Assembly (NCBI GenBank): GCA_013265495.1
Contig: MU057724.1
Location: 684,001-744,000, forward strand
Direction of reading: 5' to 3'
Length of the DNA: 60,000 bases
Origin: Vicugna vicugna
Lineage: Eukaryota
The notes beneath the pieces were generated by a model, which saw only the letters and a list, made by a program, of their open reading frames with translations, was not told where the DNA came from and did no database searches. How positions within the stretch are numbered: the first letter of the stretch is position 1; each line of letters starts with the position of its first letter. Below are positions 22,859 to 35,572 of the stretch, one piece after another. Both the position numbers and the translations under genes were made by a program.

Positions 22859-24834
22859 ACAGGAGGGTGGCTTTCCAAAATGCCACCTGTGAGGGGGGCG
22901 AGGAGGGTTTGGTGCTGAGAAGGGCCGCCCCTGCTGCGGCTTCGTGGGCTGAGTGGGTTGATGGGGGGTGTCGCCGTGGTCAGTCCAACAGCCTTGCTGG
23001 ACTGGTGAGGGCACGGCTGGCGCTGAAGAGAGTTTAAACACAGAACCATCTTTGTGCCCTGAAGCCTCACTTTGACAGGGGCGACTTTGTGGATCTGCAC
23101 TGTCCAAATAACTTTCATTACATTAATTCACTTACTATCATTTAAGGGAAGGGGAGGCTTTGGGCCAGTGTGACCCCTGCTCTGGGTGCCGGCGGGTGGC
23201 CGTCAGATGCCCGCTGGGCCCAGCGATGCTCCGCCGTCCCAGAGCCGGGTTGGTCCTTGGGGCTGCGAGTGCCCCAACCTTACGGACACGGTGTGGAGGC
23301 GCCTGGGAGTGACCGTCACACTCTGCCAGCGCTGTGCTGAGCCTCCGTTTCCCTGATGGAGGCCCCGTCCCTCTGCTGACCCCTCAGTGCTTCTGGGGGT
23401 GGTGGATGGGGCCCTGGCCAGCCATGGATTCCCACAAGACGTTCGTCGTGGCAAAGAGCTCATTGCTGGTAACTGTGGGCACAGACTTCTCAGAGAAGAG
23501 GCCTTTTCTGTAAGAGAGGAAACAGGAAAGCACGGGGAGCGTGGGAAGCCCTCCCCCCTGCCGGCGTCGTAGGTGGAACGCCGCGCCCTGTCCCGCCGGG
23601 GCTGGGCCGTCCCGCGGCAGGCACCCCCGAGGCGCTGCGTGTGGGCGGCCTGTCCGCGGTGTGCAGCGGGCCCTCGCGAGCGTTCCCGGGCAGCTCTGGG
23701 TGGCCTGGGCCTCTTGCAGCGCCTCGCTATGACGGGGACTCAGAAGGGCAGACGTGCAGGCTAACCATCGTTTAAAGCAGCAAAACCCACAGTTCGCCCG
23801 GTTTCTGCTTGCTATGCCCTTCAAAGCAGTTTTGGTTTGGCTTCGGCGTCTGCTATGGGCAAGGGTTTGGATCAAGTCGTATTTTATCTGTAATTCTTCC
23901 CCATCCCCGGTTTGCAGGCAGGGGCCCCATCCCTGCGGGTCTGCCAGCCTGGGTAAATAGCGCCTGTTGTGTGTCTAAACACGCATCAGGGCTTAAAAAC
24001 CAAGAGGGGCGGGAGAGATGCTTCTGAATTCTCATCAGTGTTTCAGTACACTTAAGTTTTCAAGTATATATAGTGCGTGCATGCGTGTCTGTGTGCACCT
24101 GTGTGTGTGCACCTGAGGATGGCGTGGGAGCGCACGGCCCTGGGGACTTTCTGTAACTGGACGCAGTCCCCATTCCATGTAACTGTCGGTTAAAATGTTA
24201 CAGAACCACCCGGCGGGCGAGCACTCATGTAAACTTCACAGCAGATCCCTTCTGAAAGTTTTCACACAAGGAAAACTTGTTTAAGGCGAAGCCAGGTTGC
24301 TCGACATTTATGTGTTTATTCAATTCCATCTATTTATTTTTTATTTCACAGCCCCTGGGACCGCAGGCACTGGGCTCATTCATAAGAAGGCTCGTGGTGT
24401 TTTTCTGCGGGTCGTTTTACGGTGGGAGAATATTCCCCATCAGTGGAGGTCTCTGTGAAGTGTGCATGTGGCTCATGGACGTTGAGGAGTGTCTGCACCC
24501 TCCTTGGAGGCTCCGGCTCCAAAACCCCGGGTTCAGCGACATTACTCACTCGCGTGGCTGGTTCCTCCTCCCGCTCTCTTCCTCAAGCAACAAACGGTGG
24601 CCTTTTATCTTTGCTCTGTTAATTCTTATCAGCACCTTAATTATTTAGATGCGAGCCAGCAGTGTGTCTGGGAGGGACTTGTGGGACAATTCTTAAGGCA
24701 CCAAAGGACAGACAAACAAACAGCTCCAGATGGGAGCATAAAGCTGACTTGGCACAAAGCACCGTCCTGTCCAAACAGTGGAAAAGGCGTGTATGTACGT
24801 TTTCAAAGACACTTGAATGTTTTTAAGATTTAAA

Positions 24835-24975
24835 TTTTCTTCCTATTCTTTTTCATTATAGGCCACTGTTGTTTATCTCTTTTATATGTGGTATGTGTGT
24901 GTGTGTGTATAACTGAACCACTGTGCTGGACACCAGAAATAACACGTCGTAAACCAGCTATACTTCAATAGAAAG
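24835..24975. mobile_element. Tiny L1 3'-end insertion with internal inversion
   Basis: Antisense piece (tattctttttcattatagg...tgttgtttatct) joined to a sense terminus (tataactgaaccactgtgctggacaccagaaataacac...ctatacttcaata). Confidence 0.5.
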
Positions 24976-27318
24976 AACTCTAAAAAATTTCTTTTAAATT
25001 AACCTAGAGGATGCCAATAGTTCCATCTCATGAACAGAGAAGGTGACCAGTGTGATATTGTGCAGCTTGTGTGAGGTCCGATGTGAACAGTGTTTAGGCC
25101 CGTGTGGCCCTTGTGTTAACCTGCGCACCCGCGCGGGCCTCGTTTGGAGGGTCCTCTCCCAGGACCCCGGCTTCCTTGGGTTGGCTACCTGCTGTGACGA
25201 ATACTGGTCCCTCATTCTGTCCCAAGAACTGTCGTTGCCGCCATAGGGGCTTTCGTTGAAAAGGCCCACCCTGGACCCGTAGCTCCGACGCGATGCCCCA
25301 GTGGCCTGTGCCCAGATGCCACCCCAGCCCGGGGCCAGGCCTCTGTCCCGGCGGCCGCCCCTCCCCTGCCCCACCGAGGGGTCTGGACGGCCGGCGGCTC
25401 TCACCTGCCTTTGTTCTGCCTGTTTCTCTGCTGCAACACAGAGGGACGTGTGAGTGGTTCTCACCAGCACGGAGGCCACGCCGTGCCATCCAGCCAGCTG
25501 GATCTCTTCCCTTTCTCCTCAAGAATGTGCTGAAACTCACGGGGGTCGGACTGGAGAGGAGTGGCTACTTGCCCTTTTCCAGACCTTGGGGACTGACTAC
25601 CAGCTGACAGCGTCCAGCCCTCCTCACACTGCGGAGGTCACCCTGCGGAGGTCACCCTGCAGAGGAGGGAGGCCGAGGGCGTGGGGTGGGCGGGGGCCCG
25701 GCTGGTGCCTGCGCCACATTCACCCGGCCACCCTGGCGGGGACAGGGGACCTACACCAGCGTCCTTGGCTGCAAAGGGCTGGGGTCTGTAACCCCTGCTC
25801 TCAGACCCATGATCGCCAGGGGTACCCAGAACACGCATCCCACATGGGGCCGGGAGCAGAGTCAGTAACCGACCATGTTGCCCTGTCTTACCCGGATGCC
25901 ACCCGCTCACCTGCACAGGCAGCGCCTCAGGAAGCGACATTTCATTCCAGAGATAATACAACCTCAAGTTCTGAGTGTTTCAAACTTTCCAGCTGCCGGA
26001 CCCTCTTTACTGCCAAACGAAATCATTACCCAAGGAAAAGTATGAAATTTAAAGACGATGGCCAGTAAAAATGACCATTGGTGTGTCACTGTTCAGTGGT
26101 TTTGAAAGATGCTATCGTGTTAACAGTGTTTGAACACGTCTTTGTACATACAGCCAAGTCCGTCTTCCTGGAGGGTCTAAAAGGCCCCTGAGCGTTTCTC
26201 CCTGGTGTGCTTCGTGATGCGACACGGTGGCTGCATTCGGCACTTCTGTCAGCTTACAGGTGATGCTTTTAAAGTTATCATAAATTCTTAGAATTATTTC
26301 TTCTCTTATACAGATGTCCAAAGCTTAGCAAAATAATGCGTATTTGTTGTCTGCGTGTGATTTCATATGAAAGTACCAGAAAGGAGACACCTGTGTGTGG
26401 TTGTAAAGCTGTCACGTAGCCCAAACGTCAAACTGACTTGGCAGGTGTCATAACTTTCTGGATTGCTCAGCTCTGGCTGTGTCTGTATGGCTGTCTGACC
26501 CTCTGTCACTCTCATTACAACGTCCGGAAGCTTTAGTAAGCTCTTTATGAACCGACAATTTCTTTCTTAAGGTCTGTGCGGCAAATTTGAACAGTCCTAC
26601 AAACTCATTTTAACAAGGTTTGGACTTTGTATACATTCTCAATAATATTAAGCCATGAAATCTTTGCACGTAAAAAATTTTGCACATTAAAAAATTTTTT
26701 TTAATACTTCCCAGTGTGCTCTGCTGTAGGTGGACCCCAGGCAGGGACCCTCAGCTATTTTGTAAACTTTCATTGTACAAATGCCTTAAGGACTAGGTCT
26801 TTTTCCTCCCATCTTTGGATATATTTTGCCATCTTTTCTTGCCATCGACTTGGCTGGAAGGTCAGTGTCCACTGTGTCATTTCACATCTTGTCTCTGTGG
26901 TTCTCTGCAGGTAGCAAACCAGCTCATTTAACACAGCTGATTTCATAGCCAGCCAACCAGTAGCATCACGTCTGTATTCACAGTTTCTCCTAAACATCTT
27001 GTTTTCAAACAGCAATTTATTACTCACTTTAAAAGAAATTATTTTGTACCCCAAATTTATAATAAATTTCGGAAATACAATATAGGCAAAATGCAAAGCT
27101 GACAGTAAGCACTGAAAGGGCCTTTCATTCGACCTGGACTGACTTAAGAAGGTTGTGTGCTGGCTGGTTCTAACACAGACCACCGGTGTGTGAGAACATG
27201 CCTGCGGAAGGTGTCACACCCAGGAGCAGCAGTGTGAGGGCGCAGGCGCTCAGTGCCTGGGCGTCTTCCTGGTGGGCAAGTGGTCGGTGGGGCTGAGCTG
27301 GGCAGGGGGTGAGGGCAC

Positions 27319-27671
27319 ACCAGGGTCCCCAGGTCAGTCCACCGAGGTCCCCAGGTCAGTTCACCAAGGTCCCCAGGTCAGTCCACTGAGGTCCCCAGGT
27401 CAGTCCACCAGGTTCCCCAGGTTAGTCCAGCAGGGTCCTAGGTCAGTCCGCCAGGGTCCCAGGTCAGTCCACCCAGCTCCCCAGGTCAGTCCACCAAGTT
27501 CCTAGGTCAGCCCAGCAGGGTCCCAGGCCAGTCCACTGAGGTCCCCAGGTCAGTCCACCAGGGTCCCCAGGTCAGTCTAGCAGGGTCCCCAGGTCAGTCC
27601 AGCAGGGTCCCAGGTCAGTCCACCAAGGTCCCCAAGTTAATCCACCAAGGTCCCAGGTCAGTCCACCAGGG
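27319..27671. repeat. Minisatellite, ~16 units of 21-22 bp (consensus ACCAGGGTCCCCAGGTCAGTCC)
   Basis: Units counted directly from the sequence. Confidence 0.95.
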
Positions 27672-28089
27672 CAATGCACAGTTTGGGAATTGTAACTCGA
27701 GTAGATCAATTTGTTACAACCTGTCACCTAAGAAACACAGCTGACTCTATTGGAATCAGCAAGGGCTGGTGAATCAGATCCAGGTTCAAATCCTGCCTCT
27801 GTTACTTGTAAATACAATGTAATGTTTCTCGTATTATAATGCACTTTTAGTTGGTGGGTTGCATTTACCAGCCCATCCCAAATTTACACGGTTTAGAATA
27901 TCAAATAATGGCTGACTCTTCAAAAAAGTACATAAAGTTGGAGTGGTTTCTTATTAGTAAATAGAACTTTCTATTTTATTAATAACAGAGTTTCTAAACA
28001 TAACTGCTTCTTGTAGATACTTTGTCTTATGACCAGCATTTAAGTCGTTTACATTTGGTGGGTTATTTTCTTTCCATTTTAGACTTGAG

Positions 28090-28440
28090 TTTATCATGGA
28101 AACAGAGTAGAATGGTGGTTGCCAGGGACTGGGGAAGTGGGGAAGCGGAGGGGCTGGTGAGGGGTGGAAACCTGCAGTTACAAGCCGAGTAAGTCCTGAG
28201 GAGCGTGTGTAAGTGGTGACTGTGGTTGAAACCTGCATTGTATCTCTCACTTTGCCAGAAGAGCAGAACTCGAGTGTTTCCACACACACAGATAAATGTG
28301 AGGTGATGGGTGTTAATTGATCAGGTAAGTGAAGTCCTTTCTTAGGGTGTGTGTGCATCCAACCACCGCAGTGTACGCTTTAAATCCCTTACAATTTTAT
28401 TTGTCAGTTGTACCTCAATAAGCTGAATTAAAAAAAAAAG
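28090..28440 (+). mobile_element. L1MA/MB-like 3' UTR with poly(A)
   Basis: gaaacagagtagaatggtggttgccagggactgggg...tacaattttatttgtcagttgtacctcaataagctgaattaaaaaaaaaa. Confidence 0.85.
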
Positions 28441-28879
28441 ACTCGAGTTTAAACACCAAAAGAGAGATGAGTGTTACTGGGACTCCTTCAAAGAGCTGAT
28501 TTTCACACGAAGGCCTCACTTTCCGGAGTGGCTGATAAACACCAGCTGAAACCTGAGGCATCTCTTAATTCTTCTAAAAGCTCTGTCCTCTGGACAGAGC
28601 CAAGTGAGGAGCGCCAGGGAGCTGACCCGCGCTGGGAACGCTGGCCGGAAGGCTCTCCCGGAGGCGCTGGGTCCGGCCCCCCGATGCACAGGAACCTTCT
28701 ACGCCTTTCGCCTCCGTCCCCTCCCTCTTTCTTCGAGCGCCACGTTAAACACGCGGAATCCTGGACTTTCTCCTCCAAGTCAGCAAGTCCCCACAGCCGA
28801 CTACCTCCGGCTCTTCTCTCTCTGTTGACCTTTGTCTCTCGGACTCTTGGAACAAGAGCGTAGAAAACAGCAGAAAGAT

Positions 28880-29020
28880 GGGGAAGGTCGAGCTCGGTGG
28901 TAGAGCACATGCTTAACACGCACGAGGTCCTGGGTTCAATCCCCAGCACTGCCTCTAAAATAAATAAGTAAATAACCTTAATTACCACGCCCCCAACCAA
29001 GAAAAACCTTAAAAAAAGAA
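28880..29020 (+). mobile_element. tRNA-derived SINE (Vic-1-like)
   Basis: A-box-like agctcggtggtagagc, B-box ggttcaatccc, A-rich tail. Confidence 0.85.
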
Positions 29021-32000
29021 AAGGAAGGGGATAGAAAGAGCAGCCACTGGATTTTGTGTCTTTCATCCAAACGCCTCTACACGTAACCTGTTCTGTTGTT
29101 ATCTTGAAAGTTTAAGGTGCAGTAAGTGTCAGTGAGTTTATGTAATTTAAATTAATTAATAGATTGGTTTTTGTGCCAGGTGCCATGGGAGGCACTGAAG
29201 GAAGCTCCCACAGCGACCAGAAGTGGACATTGTAACTGACTGTACCTCAGTAATCACAATAGTGAAAACACTGCGTGATGTTCTCCTGTGATGGCCAAGC
29301 AGCGGTCGCCGGGCGTGCGTCCTGCGGCGGTGCTTAAATGCACTTTAAGTGCCTGTGCACTCGGACACACGCTTCCTACTCGGAAATACCGGAAAATTCA
29401 TGTCGTGTTTTGGGGGGCCACAAAACGGGAGCTCTGTCCGACCGTTCCTCGCAACCAGCCACGAGGGTGTGGATTGCGGGTTCCTGATGGCCCATTTGTG
29501 GGGGCAGAATCCTGTCTCCCTGACGGAGCACAGCCATGGGGTCGGTGTGTTTATTTCGTGTGACACAATCAGCTCAGCATGAGTTCTGAGCCATTTTGTA
29601 AAATGTGGCCGCTGTTTGCGTCTCCTCCAAGGCTGCTCGTCAGGGGCTCTGTCTCCCCTCCCGCTGGGGGTCTCTGCCGGACGAGTCCCTCAGCCCCTCC
29701 TGAGTCTCCGTGTGTCCAAGCGCCCTCTGTACCTGCCCTGCCCGTTGGAGGTGGGACACCGCCCCCCCGCCCCCCCCCATCAGCATCACCTGCCCAGGAG
29801 GACGCTTTCCCTGCACTTCCTCAGCCCTGGAGTGAACCCAGGGGACCTGCGACCGCTGTCCCCACGGTGCTGCTGTCTCCAAATCAGGCACCGTGGGCCA
29901 CCCCCGAAACCTGGTGCTGCCACCTCTGCGTCCAGTAGGAGCCCCTACGCTCCCCTTGGGAAGCTCCCCCGCCCAGCCCACCGGCTCCCAGCAGCTGTGC
30001 TGAGGCTCCCCGGGGTCTCTGGCCCGGCAGACCTGCCTCCCGGAGCCAAAGGCTCCCACGTGAAGGGCGCTGGGAGCGCCCCCCCTGACCAACCAGCAGG
30101 CAGAGTTGCTGGCCATTTGGTGCATTCATCTCCTTCCTTAAAATGAGCACATCTGTTTGGAACGCTCAGACAGCGTGCTTTGCTGCTGGGATTAGACCCG
30201 GTAAGGTGGTGCATGGCTCTCACCGGGGGTGGCCGAGGGGGGAGGTGGGAGTCCGAGCGTTAGGGAGGCTGCCCCAGGTCTGGAGGCCCTCGGGGCCTGC
30301 ACCCCTGAGGGGCGGGGAAGGAGAGCAGTGACCCTGGGACGCGGCTCTGAAGACAGATGCGCCAACCGGTGTCTCCAGGGTCTTGTGCTTTGCCTCCACG
30401 TCGCCCGCCTCCCGGCTCCCCGCCCGGCTCCCAGCAAGAGTCGGGGGTACGGTGGGAGCTCAAGAAACATGTGCCGCCGTGGACTGAATTCACCCTCGCC
30501 CTCTCCTGAGCCCCGACGTTTGTCCAGCCGAGGGAGTGGTGGCGTGCAGGGAGCGCAGGACGGCCCCTCGGAGGGCGGGCTGGACGGGGCTTGCCGGCAT
30601 CTCAGCCGCAGGGGAAGGGGACTGGGCAGCTCGGCCCGGCGCGCCCTCGTCCAGCGGGAACCGCCCATCTTCGCACTCCAGGTTCTCATTTCACCGTCTG
30701 TGGAGTTTTCTCGCCGTGACCTGACGTAATCGTGGTCGTACATCCCGAGCGTGTCAGCACCTGGAGGGGAACTGGACACAGAATCACATCTTGACTTGGG
30801 CGTTCGATCCAGATTTCCCCTTTGACAAACTCCCATTTACAAAAAGGCTATTCTTTTGCCAAAAGGGCCAAATAATCTTTGAAATATCACGTTTTCTGCC
30901 CTAGTCAGAGCCAACTGGTCTTTAGCAACGTGCAAGAGAAATTGATGAAGGCTTTCCTTACGTACCAGAATCAGACAAATATTTAGGGCCGAGCAGCACT
31001 CAAGGACGTGACGCCTGGCAGCTGTGCGCGGACCGTTGGCGTAAACCTGCGTTGCTCTCAGGCCACGGCTCTCGTCCAAGTCACTCTGTGTCGAGCATCC
31101 ATCCTGCGTCATAATTGCTCTGCTGGTTTAAAAGTAACATCCCCCTTGGAATATGCACTTGCAAATGTAGAAGTCAAAGAAAGTGTGCAGAGGGGCCGGC
31201 AGCGGGTTTAGATTGTCCCAAGGGAAAGAGCATGCGTGTCACAACCACGGCGCAGACGAGGCTGCGCCTGGGATGGGAAACATGAACTGTGCGTTCTGAG
31301 TCTGGGTTCGGGTCCTTGGCCGGTGGGGAGGTGGCGCTGCGCATCAGCCTGGAGTCCAGGGACCAGTGTGCATGAGTCTTCTCCCCTGAGGATGCTGCCA
31401 GGTGCTGTTTCCTCTTACTGGGGCAACCTGGGCAAAGACGTCTCCTACGTCCTGGGCAGTCTGGTCTCGGTTCCTGAGTCCTGGGGGCGCGTTGTAACCC
31501 GCTTTCAGATGCAGGACAGTGTCATCCCCTCCTCTCCCCGACTCACATTTTGTGACTTTTTGGTCTTACTCGTGCTTCTCTGACGTTTCTAGCATTTCTC
31601 ACATGAACAGTCTTAGGAAAAAAGCACATGCTCATCACCTGAGCTCATCTCTGATCACTGTCACGTCCCTGCTGCAGAAGGCGCTGGCGTCCCCTGAACC
31701 GTCGTCTTCTCGTCTGCGGAGAAAGCCCGAAAATCTGCTGGTCAGAGTAAAATGGCTGGAAGCTTCAGGCTTGGCCCTGAAGGAAGCGTCTCCAGTACAG
31801 ACACGTCCCTGAAGAGCCTCTCAAACTGCTTCATGCCTTTTTGAGAGAATCATTTCTTACTCGAATCTCCTTGAAACTATTCTAGACAGGAAAGTCGCGT
31901 TACTAGTCACGGAGGGAGCGCACGTGCAGGGCTCCGCCCTGAGACCATCACGAGGGTTCAGCTGGCCTGCACTCAGGCCGGGAGAAGAGTGTGATCAGAT

Positions 32001-32999
32001 GTTCATTTTGCCTTTCCCCCCAGCACTTTTCCTGCTTTTTTACACAGTGGATTTATTCCAGGGGAGACACGTGTGAAGATTTCGCGATGTAATTTATTGT
32101 GCAAGATGCCAAGTAGATAACGTGCTTTTCTTAAGGCATTTACATCTCTTATCTAGACTCCTTGAAAACCCTGTGCAGAATAATAGTTAACGGCTTTCTG
32201 ATAATCTGCAGGTAACGGTCTGCAGCCAGAGAGCGTTAGTTGCACGTGTGTCCGTGTGCGCGTATGGCGTGAACACACGCGTGCGCGTAGTTTCAAGGAA
32301 GAGAAGCCCAATTGCGTTTCTAAACTGAAGGCAGTAAAAGACAGCCGTTCAGCTGAGTTGCCCACGTGTCTGGCTCACAATACAGGGCCCGCTTCTGCAA
32401 TGTCTATGGCGTGAATAAATGCGGTCACTGGTGGGAGGAGCGTCTGTTCTCAGCCGAACTCTTCCTGCATGTTTGTCTGATAGCAGGCGAAGGCTTTCAT
32501 GCTAGAGTAAATGCTGAGCGGGTGGATTTGCGGGAAGGAAGAGCGTTCTACTTACTAAATGATTTTCGAGGGCCTGGAATCTCACAGCGCAGAAAATGCG
32601 GAGACCGTTACTCAAGAAAGATGCCGACACTCCACGTCATGTGTTTGCCAAACAGCTGCTTTTTGCCGTTAAAATAAAGCAAAAATAAAAAACCCTCGTG
32701 GCAAAAGAAAGCCGAAAAGCAGGCAGACGGAGCCCAAGACGCCGCCTGTTTCTGTGCGTCCACTCCGGAACACGTCCCCGGGCTTGCGTCCGGGGGACAA
32801 AAACTGGGAGGGGGCAGTTTAACTGCTTTCCTGATGGGCCTTTGGTAAGTGTGTCACTTGTGTTGGAATCCAGAGATTCCGCAGGAAAGAGAAATCGAGA
32901 CTGTGAATGAGAAGGCCTGGCGCTGGGGCACGGCTGCATCCGGGTTTCACGGCCTGAGCATCTCAGACTTGTCCGAAAGATGAAGTGTCTACGACGTCT

Positions 33000-33640
33000 A
33001 GAAGATGGCGAGGGAGAATGGCTTTGCATTTTTGAAGTCGGCAAGTATTTCTTCAGGAGAACAGAGAAAGTTCTAAACACAAAGGGAAAAAATGAAAGGG
33101 CAAAGCGCAGACAGGAAGGAAACTGTTTACAATGTATGCTTTTGACAAAGAACTTCTATCGAAACATAAATTACATGTGCGTATACATAAAATAAAATGA
33201 CCATCGGTTAAAAATGAACATCGGGCGAAAAGACACGTCAACAAGGAGGACAAGGAGGTAGGAATGGCCAACAAAGGGAAGGTCTGCCGAAACCTTGCGT
33301 TAGTTACTCAGAAATGAAAGGAAGCGCTGATGGGTGAAGCCCGTGCCGAAGCTCTTCGCTCCTGGGGCGGGGGTCGGGCCCAGAGCGTGTGTGCTTCGTG
33401 GCCCCACTGTGTGGAGTCAAGTCGGTGAAATGGTATTTGGCGCTGAAAATCGGAGACGTGGTTCCCTCCGCACGGGAGGCGTTGTCCGAGAGGGGCCGAG
33501 AGCTCTCGACGGGGTGGCTTTCTCGGTCTTGTGTGGAGTGGTGGCTTCTCGGAGTGAAGACTGATCGAAACATCAGATTGTATTCCCTGCGTTCAGAGCA
33601 TTTCACGGTGTGTCCATTTGGCTGCAGTAAACTAAAAACG
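33000..33640 (+). mobile_element. Old L1 (L1M) 3' fragments
   Basis: aactgtttacaatgtatg...ttgacaaagaacttctatc, aaaatgaacatcgggcgaaaagac and a 3'UTR-like tail; boundaries approximate. Confidence 0.5.
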
Positions 33641-35544
33641 AGGTATGAGAAGTCTGGCTTTGTTGGACTGACCTGCCGTGTCCACGTCGTGCGGAGTCAG
33701 GGCGGAGAGTCCTCAGGAGGCCGTCTGGGGACCGTGGCAGCCTCTGCAGTGACCCCATGAAGCCGGTGTGGCGTGAGTTTGCCCAGAGGGCGACCTGTCA
33801 TGCCGAGCGTGGGGTGAGGATGGGGACGCCCGCCAGCGCCTCCCAGGCCGCCTGGGAGCAGCAGGAAGAGGTCACGGCCCCGGTCGGCAAGCTAACCCCC
33901 CGGGCTGCCAGTGAGGCCTTCTGAGGAGGAACAGCAGTTTTTGAGAAGCTGTGGCTTCTCTTCCTCATAGTCTGTTGGACTGAACTGTATAAAATGGGGA
34001 TATTTGCCCATTTGTGACTTACCGACATGTAAGTTCATGTACTTGACCTTAATCTTTGCTTTTTATTCTAAAACTTTTTATAAGTTATTGATCGTAACTC
34101 ATGGATTTACAATATTATGTCAGTTTACACTTGTCCTTCTTTTTCGGACTGAAAGCAGCTCATGGAGTATCTGAGCTGTTTTAAGGTTTAAGGAGTGAAA
34201 GTCCTCTTGCCTTGGAGAGAAAGGGAAGGGAGGAGAAGAGAAGGCGTCGGCTGTTGGAGCAAAGTGAGCTCCTGCCCTTGTTTGCCTGTGAACCGGGAGG
34301 GGGGGTTGCGTGTGAATCGCGTGTGACTTGGGAGCTGCGGCCGCAGGTGGGAACACAGGCTCTGTGCGCTCCTGGCACACGGGCTCCTTCTGTGCCTCGT
34401 TCCTGAGCCCCTCCCCTGACACCGCAGCCGCCCTGCCGTGCTGCCCTGTGTCTGATGGTTTCCTGGAGTCCCTGCGATCTGTGCTGGGTGGTGGTCAACC
34501 TGGCCTCCGGGCACACCTCTGAGTCACCAGGCAGCGGGCGCGGCCTGAGGGAGCCCCGTGTGCACGGGAGGCTCCTGACAGACAGGCCTGGTCATGGCGG
34601 GCATGGTGAACCATGTCATCCCCGCGCACCAGGCAATTTCCTTTTTGAGTCACTTTTCAGCTCAGGATGAATCACACTCCACCCTCCTTTTCCAGCCGAC
34701 ACTGCCTGCAGCCTCTGCGGCCCGGGGGAGGGACACGGTTTTCTCCATGGCCGTGGCCAGAGAGCCGCTCAGCAGGAGCCTCCTTCCACGCAGTGCCTGG
34801 TCGTCCCGGCAGCACCACCCATCGGTCCGGGCTCGGGCTCTGTCCGGGGGACAGTGCGGGGACAGTGCGGCGACAGTGCGGGGGCAAGGCCCCATCTGCC
34901 GGCCCAGGGCCACTCCCCTTTCCGTCTGGGTTTCCCTCCGGACTGCAAAGACCAGGACTTGTCCCCTGGGCTTTGTGAGAGGAGAGCTGTCCGTGTCACT
35001 GTGCCCCTGGGTCCCGACTCTGCTCTGTCATCAGAAAAACAAGATGTACAAAAACCAGTGGTCGCTGGACGTGACCACAGGAATCTCTGGGAGCCTCCTC
35101 CGTTTTCTCACAGTCTTAAAAAGGGTCCACTGACCAAGAATTTGGCTTTGAGTGTCTGTTGTTTCGGCTCCGTTTCTTTTCTTCCGTTTCTTTCCGTTTC
35201 TAACCGATTGACACTGTTCAAAACTTAAATTTCTGTTTGGACAGCACAACCGAAGACCAGCATGTGAGCAGCGGGCGGGAGCACAGAGGCTCTTTGTGCG
35301 ATCCCGGCCTCGGGTGGGTGTGGCGAGGGGCGGGCCGCCCTCCAGCCCCGGGCAGCCCTTGCGAGCTGACTCCTCGGAGAGCAGGGCTGAGCCTCCGAGA
35401 GAGGATGTGACTCATCGCTGGGTCTGAGAGCTGGTGCCTGTGCCTCGTTCTTGGCGGCTTCCAGGGCTTCAGGGCTTCCCTGGGGAGCCGTCAGCGCAGA
35501 AGAGGAAGCCTTTCCTGCTCTCCTGCCCCCCCCCCCCCCCCCCC

Positions 35545-35572
35545 NNNNNNNNNNNNNNNNNNNNNNNNNNNN
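35545..35572. other. Assembly gap (28 N) after a poly-C run
   Basis: N run immediately preceded by C19 (35526-35544). Confidence 0.99.

Noticed and set aside
27319..27671. CRISPR-like regular repeats
   Set aside because: Head-to-tail units without unique spacers in a mammalian genome; this is a minisatellite.
28880..28950. Possible tRNA gene (also 54974 and 4420)
   Set aside because: Has A/B boxes but no proper cloverleaf, an A-rich tail, and several diverged copies (one with a TSD); these are tRNA-derived SINEs.
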